The notes under the pieces: generated by a model | The model's input: only the letters and a program-made list of their open reading frames with translations | Database searches by the model: none | What the model was told of the DNA's origin: nothing | In this document: positions 53,338 to 64,000 of the stretch, piece by piece | How the letters are laid out: every line of letters begins with the position of its first letter | How positions within the stretch are numbered: the stretch's first letter is position 1 | Source of the DNA: Orbicella franksi | Taxonomy: Eukaryota | Direction of reading: 5' to 3' | Length of the DNA: 64,000 nt | NCBI GenBank assembly: GCA_964199315.1 | Contig: OZ116708.1 | Coordinates: 23,002,001-23,066,000, forward strand | Program-made: the position numbers and the translations under genes

Positions 53338-53581
53338 CAGGGCCGGGTTGTTCTAAAGCCGGTTAACGCTAACCCAGGATTAAAAGTTAACCGAAATATT
53401 AATTTTTCCTGCATTAAAATGTTTTTCAATGCTTATTTTTCTGTAGCTTGAGATTATACAAACTCAAACTAGAAGAAAAAACAATATAAACAGAAAACCA
53501 CACCGATAAGTTAGTAAACTGAAATAAAAATTCTCGCCAATCTTGTGTTAGCTAAATCGGGCTTTGGACAACCCGGCCCTG
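53338..53581. mobile_element. MITE (244 bp)
   Basis: TIRs cagggccgggttgt / acaacccggccctg. Confidence 0.7.
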
Positions 53582-54460
53582 CGAGTCGTTCGCGATTAAT
53601 TATGGAAAACTTACCCTAAATCAGTTCATTCTATAGGTAACACTTGAATATTTTGGACACAAATATCAACAGTATCCAGGACATTTTTATACAAGTTTAG
53701 CTTCGCTGATAATGCCGGAAAGAAAAGGAATTAATCAAATACAGAAATTGTACTAAGTTAGTAATAAATGCAATTATATTTTCCCCGAGGAAAGAATTTT
53801 TATATATTTAATGAAGCCCCTAAACTATGTTTGTTGTTCTTCACGTTATTGTAGTCACTGTTTTGGTATACAAAGAAAACCAAAGAATTTCAAGCTTAAA
53901 CTATGTAAGGAATTTCAAGTCATTAATTTAGTGTGGGGATTCAAAATTGTCCGGGGACTGGGAATTGTTTACTTCAGTCACAACTGAACGCCACATTGTT
54001 TATATAGATTGTGCATTGCAAAGATTGATTGACTGTTACAAGTATAATGTTTTCTAAGATTAAGGTTCTTACAGTTCTTGTATATGACAGTTCAAAAGAA
54101 CTGTCACATACAATTTTATTACAATTATAGCTCGATATATTTAAGTCCAAAAATTACGTACAGCTTACAGCTAAAATTCTCAAGGAAATTCTACATTCAA
54201 AATTCAGCTCTTCATAGAGTGCTTGAAATTCACACGCTAGATTTCCAAGGAAAATAAACCACATTACTGAAATATAGAAAGAGTGGATAAAAACACAAAC
54301 GTGACGTCATTTCCGGATCTCGAAGCCTTACCATGACGTCATTTCCGACCACCAAATTAAAGCTTTTTTTTAAAGCAAAGCAGTATACATTCACTCGCTC
54401 CTCTAAGGGAGCAGATAATTTTAATTTCAAAAAAAGTAACAAAGATAAAACAGAGTGACT

Positions 54461-57400
54461 TTATTTTCTTGTGAACGCCCTTCGAGGAGTTTCAGTAGTT
54501 GTCTTTCTGAGTGGCTGATAAACTGACCGTGTTGGTTTCTGAAGGGGCTGGTAACCACTCAGTTCTGTTACGCCCTCCATGGGCGTACAACCGTTCGTCG
54601 GAGCCGGTGTGCCCTCAAGGGCCTGGTACCCAGCATTAGGGCCCTCCAAGGAGTGGTATAAAGGGCCGTTTGTTTTGGGATCCTCGTGTGGTCTGCTTTT
54701 TTCATCTTTTAAAGGTAGGTCAGTTGTGTAACTATAACAATACTCATCGTTGTTGTCTAAGGTATCACTACTGCCGGCAGCGTCTGTGAATCTCTTAAGA
54801 TTCGCGTCTTCGTAAACAGCTTCCTTTTTCCGCCCTTTTGAAGGCGAACCAATCGCTGCGCGCTCCTCTTTCAACACAGGCTCGTCATAATCGGAATCAG
54901 ATCGGAAGCGCTCGGACGACTGCTCGTTCTGACCGGACAATGCTCGGTCCATAATCGTGCCCATTCCGTAGGGTCCTTCCAACACCTGATATAAAGGCGT
55001 ATCAGGCGGTCGAGAAATGGTGTCCGTGACGTCTGAAATTTTACGAGAATCTACCAGAAAATAAACGAGGAAAGATTTAGACTCACTTGCACGACAAGAA
55101 AGAAACAAAGTGAGGCACAGCAAATACGACAGTGGATTTGCTAGTCTTTGTATTCTCTCGTGGGTCGAGAGGCAGAAAACCTGAGAACAAATGGCAGTGG
55201 GAAAGCTGGAGACAAGAAAACTCCAGTGCCCTCATCTCCAATGCCCTCGCGCTACTTTTTTCCCGCGCTCTTGGCGTTATCGACCATAGCTCATTGCGCC
55301 GTTACCCAGTATCAACCGCATGGCTACGAATTATAAAAGCGTTATTTACCTGTGGTAATAACTTGGTTATTACATCCGTTAATTGCAGCCGCCTCCACAG
55401 AACCCAGAATGGGATTTCTTGAATCTTTTCTTGGTTGGCGCTCTAACCAAATAATCTCTTCCGAGCTAATAGTATCGCTTGGAACTGGGAATAGCGAAAG
55501 AGAGAGAAACTTAAAAGTCTAAGAGCTAATTGAAACGTAAGATAATGGTGGAACATCCTCTGAGATGTCTGTCCCAAGCTTTCCCATTTCTTTACTATCC
55601 TATTCCGTTTTGTTGTGCAATTTCCTCGTTTCGTGTTTTTTTACTCTGGCACGAAGTTATCTGGAAATATCTTTCGTTTTTGACTCATTTTCATCTGCTG
55701 GAGTACTCTTCACTAGTATCCCTTATGAGTCTAGCTATTTTTAATTACCTTCCAAGTTAGTTAAATCCAGTCTGCTTATCAAATCGATGTAAATTAAATG
55801 CTATGAAAATAGAAATTTAACCAAACCACACCTTGAGGCAGAGTTGGCCATTTTTGGTGATTTAAGCTTCCCCTAGAGTTAAAAATAATGTTATTTAAGT
55901 ACAAATTAGTAAATCATTCTTTGCTTCCTTGAAATTTTAGATTGTGGAGGGGTACCAAGGGGGGGTGACAGCCAGTTCGCTAAGGTTCCCCTTTACTTCA
56001 GACCAACATAAACGTATATGATTTTCCACACCCCATTTAGACCCAACATTTTAAATACCGTTGTGGTACGCTGTCGGATAATTTATTTCAGCTTTATAGT
56101 GCAGCAAGCACTAAGATGAATGGTAAGGCAAACCGTTGTTGTACATGTGAGCCCTAAAATATTGTAAGGTTACCTTTTTTGGTTAGGAAAAAGGAATCCT
56201 ACATTAACAGGAACTATCTTTTTTGCTACAAGTCTTACATCTATCCTTAAAGGATACACGTAAGATAAAAGAGAAATGAACTTTAGAAAGCTTTAGTGTC
56301 TTGGAGTCTCGGTCGGCAACCCAGAACAGCTTCAAAGGCTTCAAGTTGTAAATGCTAAAATGAGTTCTGTACAAGCAGGAAAGCGCACCAAAAACAAGAA
56401 CACAAACTTTTGGTTTCTGTCCGCGGTTCATAAACACCTGTGTTAAATCTCCTCTCCACGCACCCACTGAGAAACAAACTTGACAGTTTGACTTCAGTTC
56501 TTGTATTGAGCGTTTAATTTTTGATAAGAGCTCTAGAGAGGACAAAATGTTCAGACTGCTTGTCAACGTATTCAAAGAGTGTCTTTTGAAATGATTTCTT
56601 TTCAGCTCCAGTATTACCTTAGGAATTAGGTGAGTTTGGAGCGAGAAGTAGAAGCAGGCTACACTGTCTGATAAGCGAGGAAGAAGGAAAGAAGTGCCAC
56701 AATTAGTTAAGAATGCGATTAGACAATGTGGTGCTTGTTTCTGATCAGAAGAGGGAACATTTAGTGGCTGCAGGAAATAAACAAAGTTACGGTCACAGAC
56801 TTTGCGCAAACTCATAAATATGAGGGCTAAAATGACTAAAATGCTCTTATTAGACAAGACAAGCTCAACATGTTATTCTCTCAAGTGTACTTGTCATACA
56901 TTTCGGACACCCACCTTAATTGAAGTTTAATTTATGGTACTGGGAAAATGTTTTTCGAATGATCACGTTTATTTTTTTGGTTTGTTTTAATTTGTTTGTT
57001 TGTTTGTTTGTTTTTTAAAAGCTACCTGGAACATTATTCTACACATTATATAAAGTACAATTTTCTTTAATCTTATCAGATCAGCTGATCGTATTAAGAT
57101 AGGGTTCTTTACAGATACAAATTCAGGCATAACCAAAAACAAAAGTTACAAAACAATAATAATTAAAAAAAAAAAAACTTACGAGCGCTTTCTTCTCCAA
57201 AAGCAAAATAACACAACCCCCACGACACAGATAAAAGCAACAACTCCCGCAATTATGGCTGACAACATCAGAACGTTCAGTCTACTTGCCTCTGCCTCAC
57301 TTGAATCAATATCCTGGAAATTGGACCACAAAAATCACTGTACTGCAGACTACTTATCTCGTACTCATACCTCACTCGGTTTGAAGCTGCTTGCATGGCC

Positions 57401-60234
57401 GTGGGAGAACTGTGTTCGAGATTAGCAGGTTACAGTGCGGATAGTAGTACGGTTATAAAAGGAAGGCTTAATCTCGGGCGGTGGGAGAGGGGGCGCAACC
57501 CTGCAACCTCCCCCTAGATCCGCCCTGAAGAGGATATACTGGGGGTGGGGAATGAGGGTGCCTTGGCGAAGGATAATTTCACACGTGGCCATATGGAATC
57601 TTCAAATGGGTGAGAAATGACGCGTTTTTAAAGGGGCTCAGTCACGGTATTTTGAGTTATTTTGGCCACATACAAAATTACCTTTAAATGGTAGGAAACC
57701 TGAAAATAACAGTTTAATAAGATAGAAAAACACCAAAGAGATTATGATAAACCATAAAGGAACAAGGATGGCTAAGGATGGAGAAGATTGACACGGATTA
57801 CAAACGACGAATTTGAAAAATTGAGGCTAAACTTTTCAATATGCGCAAACCGTGACTGAGCTCCTTTAACAGATAGCTATCACCTAAAATCTGCAAATTT
57901 TACTGATAGCTGGGAAAGAGGATGAGATTTTATGTGATTATTGTGAATCGCGGAAAATTAAACTGACGACTGATATTCCAGCACCCCCATCAAAGACCCT
58001 CTGTTATTATTGCATAAATTCAGTAAGGAAACATTTTCCGATGAAAGTTTCCAGCCTGGATTTAAAGAGAATAATTCTTATTTAATTACGCACCTGTCTA
58101 GTTACGTTGTTGGTCCTCTTTGTCGTCTGGGGAATACTAGTTTTTTCTAAAAAAAAAACCAGAAAATTTCAATTCCTTGTCGAAGCTCTCAAAGTTCCGC
58201 ATTGTTGTTGATTATAATTTAACGCGCGCATTAGAAACATGGCGGAAACTTTTTAGCGACTAACTTCATCAAGACATAAACAGTAATTACAAATAATCAC
58301 GAAACATACCTAGCTTTATTGCATTTTCAATTCCAGCGACGATACAATTTGAATGAACATTGACGCATTGACCACGCATACTTTTTTTTCTTAATTCGAT
58401 CTTTTTGGACTTTGCATGGTAAAGGACAACCAGGAAAAATTTCAGAAAATTGCCATATCAACATAATATCAAAAGGAATTACTTTGAATATCTTGTAGAG
58501 ATTGGCTGCATTTCACTAGCGCTGGAAAAGAGTCAACCTTTATCATGCGCAAGAAGAAGGCAACCTGCGCCAAGCGCGTGAAAACATAGAAACTATCTCA
58601 GGGGTGTTATAAGTCGCGAAAGCCAACACTCGTACGATCAGTTACAGCTTAAAGTTCATTAGCTACAGTGAATTATTATAAAACTACTTTTATGGAGTAA
58701 ATACCAAACATACCTTTTGTTCCAGTCGTCGTTTTTCCTTCTTCAGCAGAAGTTGAGTACAAAACGGTCGCAGCCGTTGTCTGACGGGCGGTCGTAGTTG
58801 AATAAAAAATGGTGGCAGCCGTTGTCTGGCACGCAGTCGTTGGCTGGCGCGCAGTCGTTGTCTGGCGCGCAGTCGTCTTTTTTGAAAGTGTCGCAGTTGT
58901 TGGCAATGGTACAGGAGGTGACGAACAGCATTTGCACACACACGTTTTTCGGCAGTTCTTTACCAGATCAGCGGTGGTGGCTGGTCTCCAACAGTTTCCA
59001 AGTTGCATTTGACAATACTGGTCGTTATAAATGTTGACACACGCTGTGAAGAAGTTACAGTCATAACTTTTTAAAAAGAACTACATCGCTGATTGCGCAT
59101 CTTGAAGAAGTCCTCTTCGGCTTATAATTCCTCGACTATTCACAGACTCCCTATTTTCAACGCGAGCGAAAGAAAAAGCAAGCGCGAGCGCGAAGAACAA
59201 GGGGACGGCGTTCAACGATCGAATAAAAATACGAGAAAATAGCGGGCTGTGAAAAGTCCATATAATTCTTCGTTGGTTTTATTCTACCTTGAAAAAAGCT
59301 TAACTAAAGTTGCACTCAGTGCAGGCCGCTGGCCTAAGGGCACTGCCGGACCTTACCCCGTTTCCATGGCATTAAGTGAAAAGGAGCGTGGCTACTCCCC
59401 GGCCGTGCAGAACGGAATGCTAATACATCACAGTTTAGCCTCCATGATTTTGGGAAGTTTCCATCACAGATCGCTGGTTCCAATTTTTTTACCAGAGACA
59501 CTGTGAGATCCAAATGTCTTACAACAGACCGCAGTGACTCCAACGAGGGCTAGAACCCAGACCAATCAATCTGCCGCCGTAGTTAGTAGCACGAACTATA
59601 AAGCCATTGCTATTTCTGTCAGGTTTTTTCGATTTGAAGAAGACTTATTATATATTGTTAACACTCGATACCGCAACAAAGTGTTGCAGACTGGGCCGTG
59701 GGTATAAAACATCAGTGTATAGACTGCAAGTGCGATACACATAAGCATATAGTACAATAGTTCGCAGCTTTGCACAAACCCTCGTGAATGAATCAATTTT
59801 TATAGATGGTCGACGAGAACTAAGGCAATGATTTTCCAGGGAACGTTTTGGGGAGAAGCATACACTTAATAGTGCGTAGCTTTGCACAAACCCTTTGCGA
59901 ATGAATCAAATTTTATAGATGGTCGACGAGAACAAAGGCAATGACTTTCCAGGGAACGTTTTGGGGAGCAAAGCAACTAGCCTTTAAGTTTTCGCTGTAG
60001 AAAGTACGCATGGTCTCCGTATGTTATGAATCAGAAAGCTTATGGAAGTTAATACTGAAATTAAAGCTACAGTAACAACAACAACAACAGGTACAAGAGT
60101 AACTCACTCACCAGGAACTCCCAAACACACTTGACAGCTTTTAGGACAATTTTGAAGCATCCATAATGGATTTCTTGTACACTCGCCCTTGTTTGCCTAA
60201 TCAGAACATTTATTGTGTTTGTCAACACATGCAC
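54461..60234 (-). CDS. Gene E: ShK-domain type I membrane protein with a Tyr-motif (ITAM-like) tail; 5' exon unresolved; in-frame stop in the first ShK exon
   Basis: Exons 60234-60112 (CVDKHNKCSD*ANKGECTRNPLWMLQNCPKSCQVC), 59043-58714 (ShK-like CVNIYNDQYC...NCRKTCVC plus Thr-rich stalk), 58146-58094, 57313-57183 (TM AIIAGVVAFICVVGVVLFCFW then RRKR), probable 55771-55749, 55484-55350, 55050-54461. Junctions are GT-AG and phase-compatible. Confidence 0.75.
57632..57865. mobile_element. TTAA-targeting MITE (Kolobok- or piggyBac-type), gene E intron
   Basis: TTAA|aggggctcagtcacgg ... ccgtgactgagctcct|TTAA. Confidence 0.8.
59767..59970. repeat. 112-bp tandem duplication in a gene E intron
   Basis: gctttgcacaaaccct...ttttatagatggtcgacgagaac...tttccagggaacgttttggg occurs at 59767 and 59879. 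Confidence 0.9.
60112..60234 (-). pseudogene. ShK (ShKT) domain exon carrying a premature TAG
   Basis: Six-Cys ShK pattern C-x6-C-x8-C-x9-C-x3-C-x2-C. The codon at 60199-60197 is TAG, at a position usually Trp in ShK domains. The exon is 123 nt, phase 1-1. Confidence 0.75.
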
Positions 60235-63089
60235 CTGAAAAGCAGTACGTGTTGCAATCTCATATAAGCAACGATCTCTACCCTTGCCCTTAAAGGGCCC
60301 TAGTCAGCAACACCTATGTTTTTGTTTGCGTGCGAAAGTTTGGCTATTATATTTTATTCACAGTATGTCGATCAAAATGAAGGAAATCACTGTGAAACTA
60401 CTTAAGATAATTAAATATACTTTCAGGAACACAACTTGCAGTAAAGCATGAGACTTCGCTTCACCATGCAATGTCAGTAATTTCGATGGGACCGAAAATG
60501 GCGAAGGTTCACTAAGGTCCTTTAACCTATGAATACACGAGGGCACTATGAGCGTGGGGCTTATCCGACCGTAACCAGTCGTGATTTATTTGTTTTACCC
60601 CCTGCCACACCCATCTTGCAAGCACAGTGAACAAACCAAGCCAGTGAATCTGTTTGAGCAACTTTGATGAAGAAACGATAGCATATGAGAGCTCAAGGAA
60701 AGTCCCCAGGGTGGGAGGAAGGCTACAGAAACAACTGAAACGATCGAACCAACAAAACGAAGTGGTCGCATTATAACCCAAATGTCAGTCAACAGCTAGC
60801 CAGGCGCAGCGTGGAGGCCTGGGGCTAAGATTTAACCTCGTTTCCAGGGTCCTCTCTCTATGACCCTGAGAACGGGGTGGATTAAGTTATTCCGTTATTC
60901 CCTGGGAATATGAACTTTGATTTATTTGATTTTCGGGTGAGGGGAGATCGAGATTAAACGGACATCCTGCACGCGTAAATCCAGTCATTACACTCTGGCA
61001 TTCAAGCTTCTCTCGCCCAAAAACACATGAATAGTGACTGCGAAAGAGCCCTTATAGTAAAGATGATAATGTCCCTGATATGTTGTTTTAACAATTGCGC
61101 GCGGAAAATACGCGGGAATAATTATAGCTGGGAAAACTTTTGATCTCAATGAGTATCTATGCCCGAGGCAAAGCATTTAAAATGTACAGAAAAAGTAAGA
61201 ATCTAACTGAAAAGTTGACTGCACGTTTAAAAGAAGAAACAATATTTATTAGTTTTGCGCAATAACTTGAGTTTTACTTTTGTGGCTCATTACCAATCAT
61301 ACAGTTCCTCATTAGAAACGTTTTCCGCGAGAGTTCATCCGTTTTAATATGAATTTTACAAGCTTTTAAATAAGAGTTCTAAATCCATTGAAAATAAAAC
61401 GCATTGGGATAACTTGTACTGTCAAGTCAAGCACAACATTGTACGTATTTGATTACAAAAATTGAGCAATCAAATTTGAAAGTAAACAAATAAAGAAAAT
61501 GAAAGAAATAAAATACCAGCTGTCTTATGGTTGCATGGCAGGCATGTCTTTAAATTAGCTTTCCGGGAAAGCAAAATCTGTTATTATAAAACCAGATCTT
61601 ATTAGCTAACGACGGGTCCCTGAAGCCGGCTGGGGCTAGCAGAAGGTGGGGAGTGAAACGTAATAGGGTAACGCAATGTCTTTATTGAGGAAGCATTGTG
61701 CAAGAATGGTTTAATAAAGGCATTGCAACACGCCACAAAAATGCCAAAATCAGAAAAATAGGACCACATTGAGGGATACAGTGCGTTATAGCAATTTCGC
61801 AGAGAGCACTGCCCGGAACACTGTCATTTAGAAATTGCCATCAATGAAAGCTATAATTACTCAGTGATTACTTAGAGATAAGTAAGTCAATACTCTACGA
61901 GAACACAAGTGTATGTGAAGGGCCTTGAAAGGCTTTCAATATCTTTAACTTCCCTTTTAAAATAGTAAACATACTCACGCATAAGTGTGTCTAACCTGCA
62001 ATGAAGAAGTTGTCTGGGCGTAACACTCCAGCAAAAATGAAGATCAATGTAATCGCGTTGATAATCGTCCGCTTTAAAATCATTTGGATGGTTCAATGTG
62101 ATTTTCTGCCACAACTCACAACTGTCCAAGACCACGGCCAGGACTAAGTCGTTTTCTGTCATCGAATGCTGTGCAAAAATCTAAGAGAGTGGGAATCGAA
62201 CGCCAACTTTAAAACCATTTCCTCACCGTCATACCGCAAAGAATTGAGGCCCAGAAATTACGAAAGATCGGCCAGTCTTTAGATTTGCACCTTTTCCTGT
62301 GACGTTGTCTACAAAGAATTATTTCTCTTTTCTTCTCGAGAAGTAAGCTAAGGCATGTTTAAGGCATGCTGATAAACCCGAACTATTCCTGTCATTTTGC
62401 CCCTCTAAGCCAGCCGAGAATAAAACAAACAGTTTGCTGAGTTTTGCGATCGAAGGTCTTCATTCATCGATCTCGCGGTAGGAAACTTGAAGATGTTGTT
62501 GAGAGACTTTTGCCATGGGTCAGTTTACGTATGTTTCGTTAATAATTATTTTTTCTATTAATAATTATATATTGAAAATGTAAGCTTTTGATTGCGTGCT
62601 ATGTAATATGCAGTTTTACACCTATCGTTGGTTTGCGCGATAAAAAAGGTTTTTCGCTTGTCAATTTGGTCACGTACAAAACATCAAACTCTGGTTGATA
62701 CGGTCAATAGATTTCTACGAAATTTTTCTGTTTCAAAATTAGAACCGGAGGCTATTTATTAATAAAATTAACAATACGTGGTCCACCTCCGCCCCTCCTC
62801 ATTGTTTTGGGAACGTGGCTCCCTTCCCACCCCTCCTTAATCACAAATAACACAGTATTATGTCTTTGTAGGTTTTCTTTCACATAGTTACCTATCTTCC
62901 TTGAGATAAACTACCATGGACAAAGCGAAAATGTCCATTATTCGTCGTTCTTTTCACTTTTAGTTTCGCTTTTTGCACGCTGTAGTTGTATAGCCACTAT
63001 CCCGTCCCACCCCCTGCAGTGGAAGATTCTTGAAATTTTTGCATGAAGCTTTACTTGACGTACCTTCCGGAAAAACAAATCGATTTCTA

Positions 63090-63530
63090 AAAATGGCGGA
63101 CGAACATGACCTCGCGCTTGAAACTCTTCTCCTGTTTATTACTTGAGTTTTATGCGTAATACTTGCACAATACGCTGGCCAAAACGTGCTACGGCCTACG
63201 AAAGAGAGTTGGATTGAGCTCAAAAAGGTTTAAATCGTTATCAGCTTACTCTTAACGACCAAAAATAGCAAATGAGCCAATACAGTTAGCGTCGCTTCAT
63301 CGACGAATGAGATTCGAGAACATACAACAACAAGAAGCGATTATTCAGGGCTATCAACAGCTGTGTGAGAAGAGCTTCATACCTGACACGAAAAATAGTT
63401 CTATGGTTCAATGTGGCAGCTTTTTCAATTTAATCTCGAAAGGAAACTTTAGAACTGGATTGCGTTATTTTCAACTGAATCGTGCTTGCCAGCTCGTCAG
63501 ACGTGCGAAACAAAGCGACTTCCGGTGATC
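63090..63530 (+). mobile_element. Possible decayed PIF/Harbinger transposase N-terminal fragment
   Basis: MADEHDLALETLLL start and an IIQGYQQLCE...FFNLI segment recall Harbinger N-termini. The frames are broken and the call rests on recalled similarity only. Confidence 0.3.
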
Positions 63531-63845
63531 AAGGTATAAAACATAGTTGCGGAGCTTAAATTTCCTGAAAGATCGACAGTTGTGTGTTGTGTGGGAAGTA
63601 TTTCTGCGTTCAAGATCAAGAAGTTACTGATTCTTACGTGAACGTGGCCGGAATTTCAAGTGTATACACCGTTTTAAGGCTTGTTTCGGTAGACTACAAC
63701 TACACCGATCGAATAAGTTTTTCACAGACGAACAAATTTGAGACGTAAACGTTGCCTTACTAGCAAGACTGACGCGAACATGTGGGATAGATATTATGTT
63801 ACGATGCGGAACAAAGCTGGAGAGTCTGAGTTTTCGACGGGCAAC

Positions 63846-64000
63846 ATGAAGCTGGAAAAAGCGAAGTTTTATATACAAGCTTTTGTTTTACTTTATTTGT
63901 TTGTGTATACATCGGCGGAGGCACAGTTAGGATGTTCGGTAACCCGCGCTCGATTTGGAGATCGCTTTGTTTTCTTCAATTACTCAGGAACTTGTAACAG
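63846..64000 (+). CDS. Paralog F, partial first exon (signal peptide plus start of the family N-terminal domain), runs off the window
   Basis: Open frame MKLEKAKFYIQAFVLLYLFVYTSAEA-QLGCSVTRARFGDRFVFFNYSGTCN. A hydrophobic signal is followed by the R...DxF...C motif seen in A-D (for example C: QIVRGTPWDSFTIPPTKC). It is absent from the ORF track because it has no stop in the window. Confidence 0.6.
   Translation, partial: MKLEKAKFYIQAFVLLYLFVYTSAEAQLGCSVTRARFGDRFVFFNYSGTCN

Noticed and set aside
55051-55180. Hydrophobic N-terminal part of ORF 54461-55123 as a TM segment
   Set aside because: It is a translated polypyrimidine tract. The real acceptor is at 55050 and a better TM exon exists at 57183-57313.
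56204-56857. 217-aa ORF
   Set aside because: It lies in a gene E intron, has low-information AT-rich composition and no motif, and its internal splice sites are not phase-compatible with the flanking exons.
58690-59037. Alternative-frame and antisense ORFs over the gene E stalk exon
   Set aside because: They are shadows of the 21-bp Thr-rich coding repeat.
60527-60792. First (signal peptide) exon of gene E
   Set aside because: The signal-like frames meet the GGG|GTAAAA donor in phase 2 or 0, while the required phase-1 frame has an upstream TGA, so no consistent model was found.
61887-62162. 91-aa ORF upstream of gene E
   Set aside because: It has no recognisable domain, signal peptide or supporting splice structure.

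Overview
This is eukaryotic (metazoan) genomic DNA with GT-AG introns, about 35-40% GC by eye, and many short TIR/foldback repeats. Repeat style and ShK content suggest a stony coral or other anthozoan (inference). Most short ORFs in the supplied track are exon fragments or noise. Splicing by hand shows that the window is a tandem array of single-pass type I membrane receptor genes. Four paralogs lie on the minus strand: A ~1331-6525 (3' end unresolved), B 9942-18928, C 21143-27182 and D 42843-52480. They share a signal peptide, a Cys-rich N-terminal domain, a second beta-rich Cys domain, a variable Ser/Thr/Pro stalk, one TM helix and a Tyr-motif-rich tail, with identical intron phases 1-0-1-0-2. 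A likely fifth paralog (F) starts on the plus strand at 63846 and runs off the window. Between D and F, gene E (54461->60234) carries two ShK-like domains on the same stalk/TM/tail layout. Its tail has two ITAM-spaced YxxL pairs, and one ShK exon carries a nonsense codon. The tails of B and C have independently amplified a homologous two-tyrosine repeat, B has a decayed tail relic beyond its stop, and A has a poly-Asp insertion in its ectodomain. Together this looks like a rapidly diversifying non-Ig, non-LRR receptor cluster, possibly for immunity or recognition (hypothesis). All gene models are manual predictions without transcript support.
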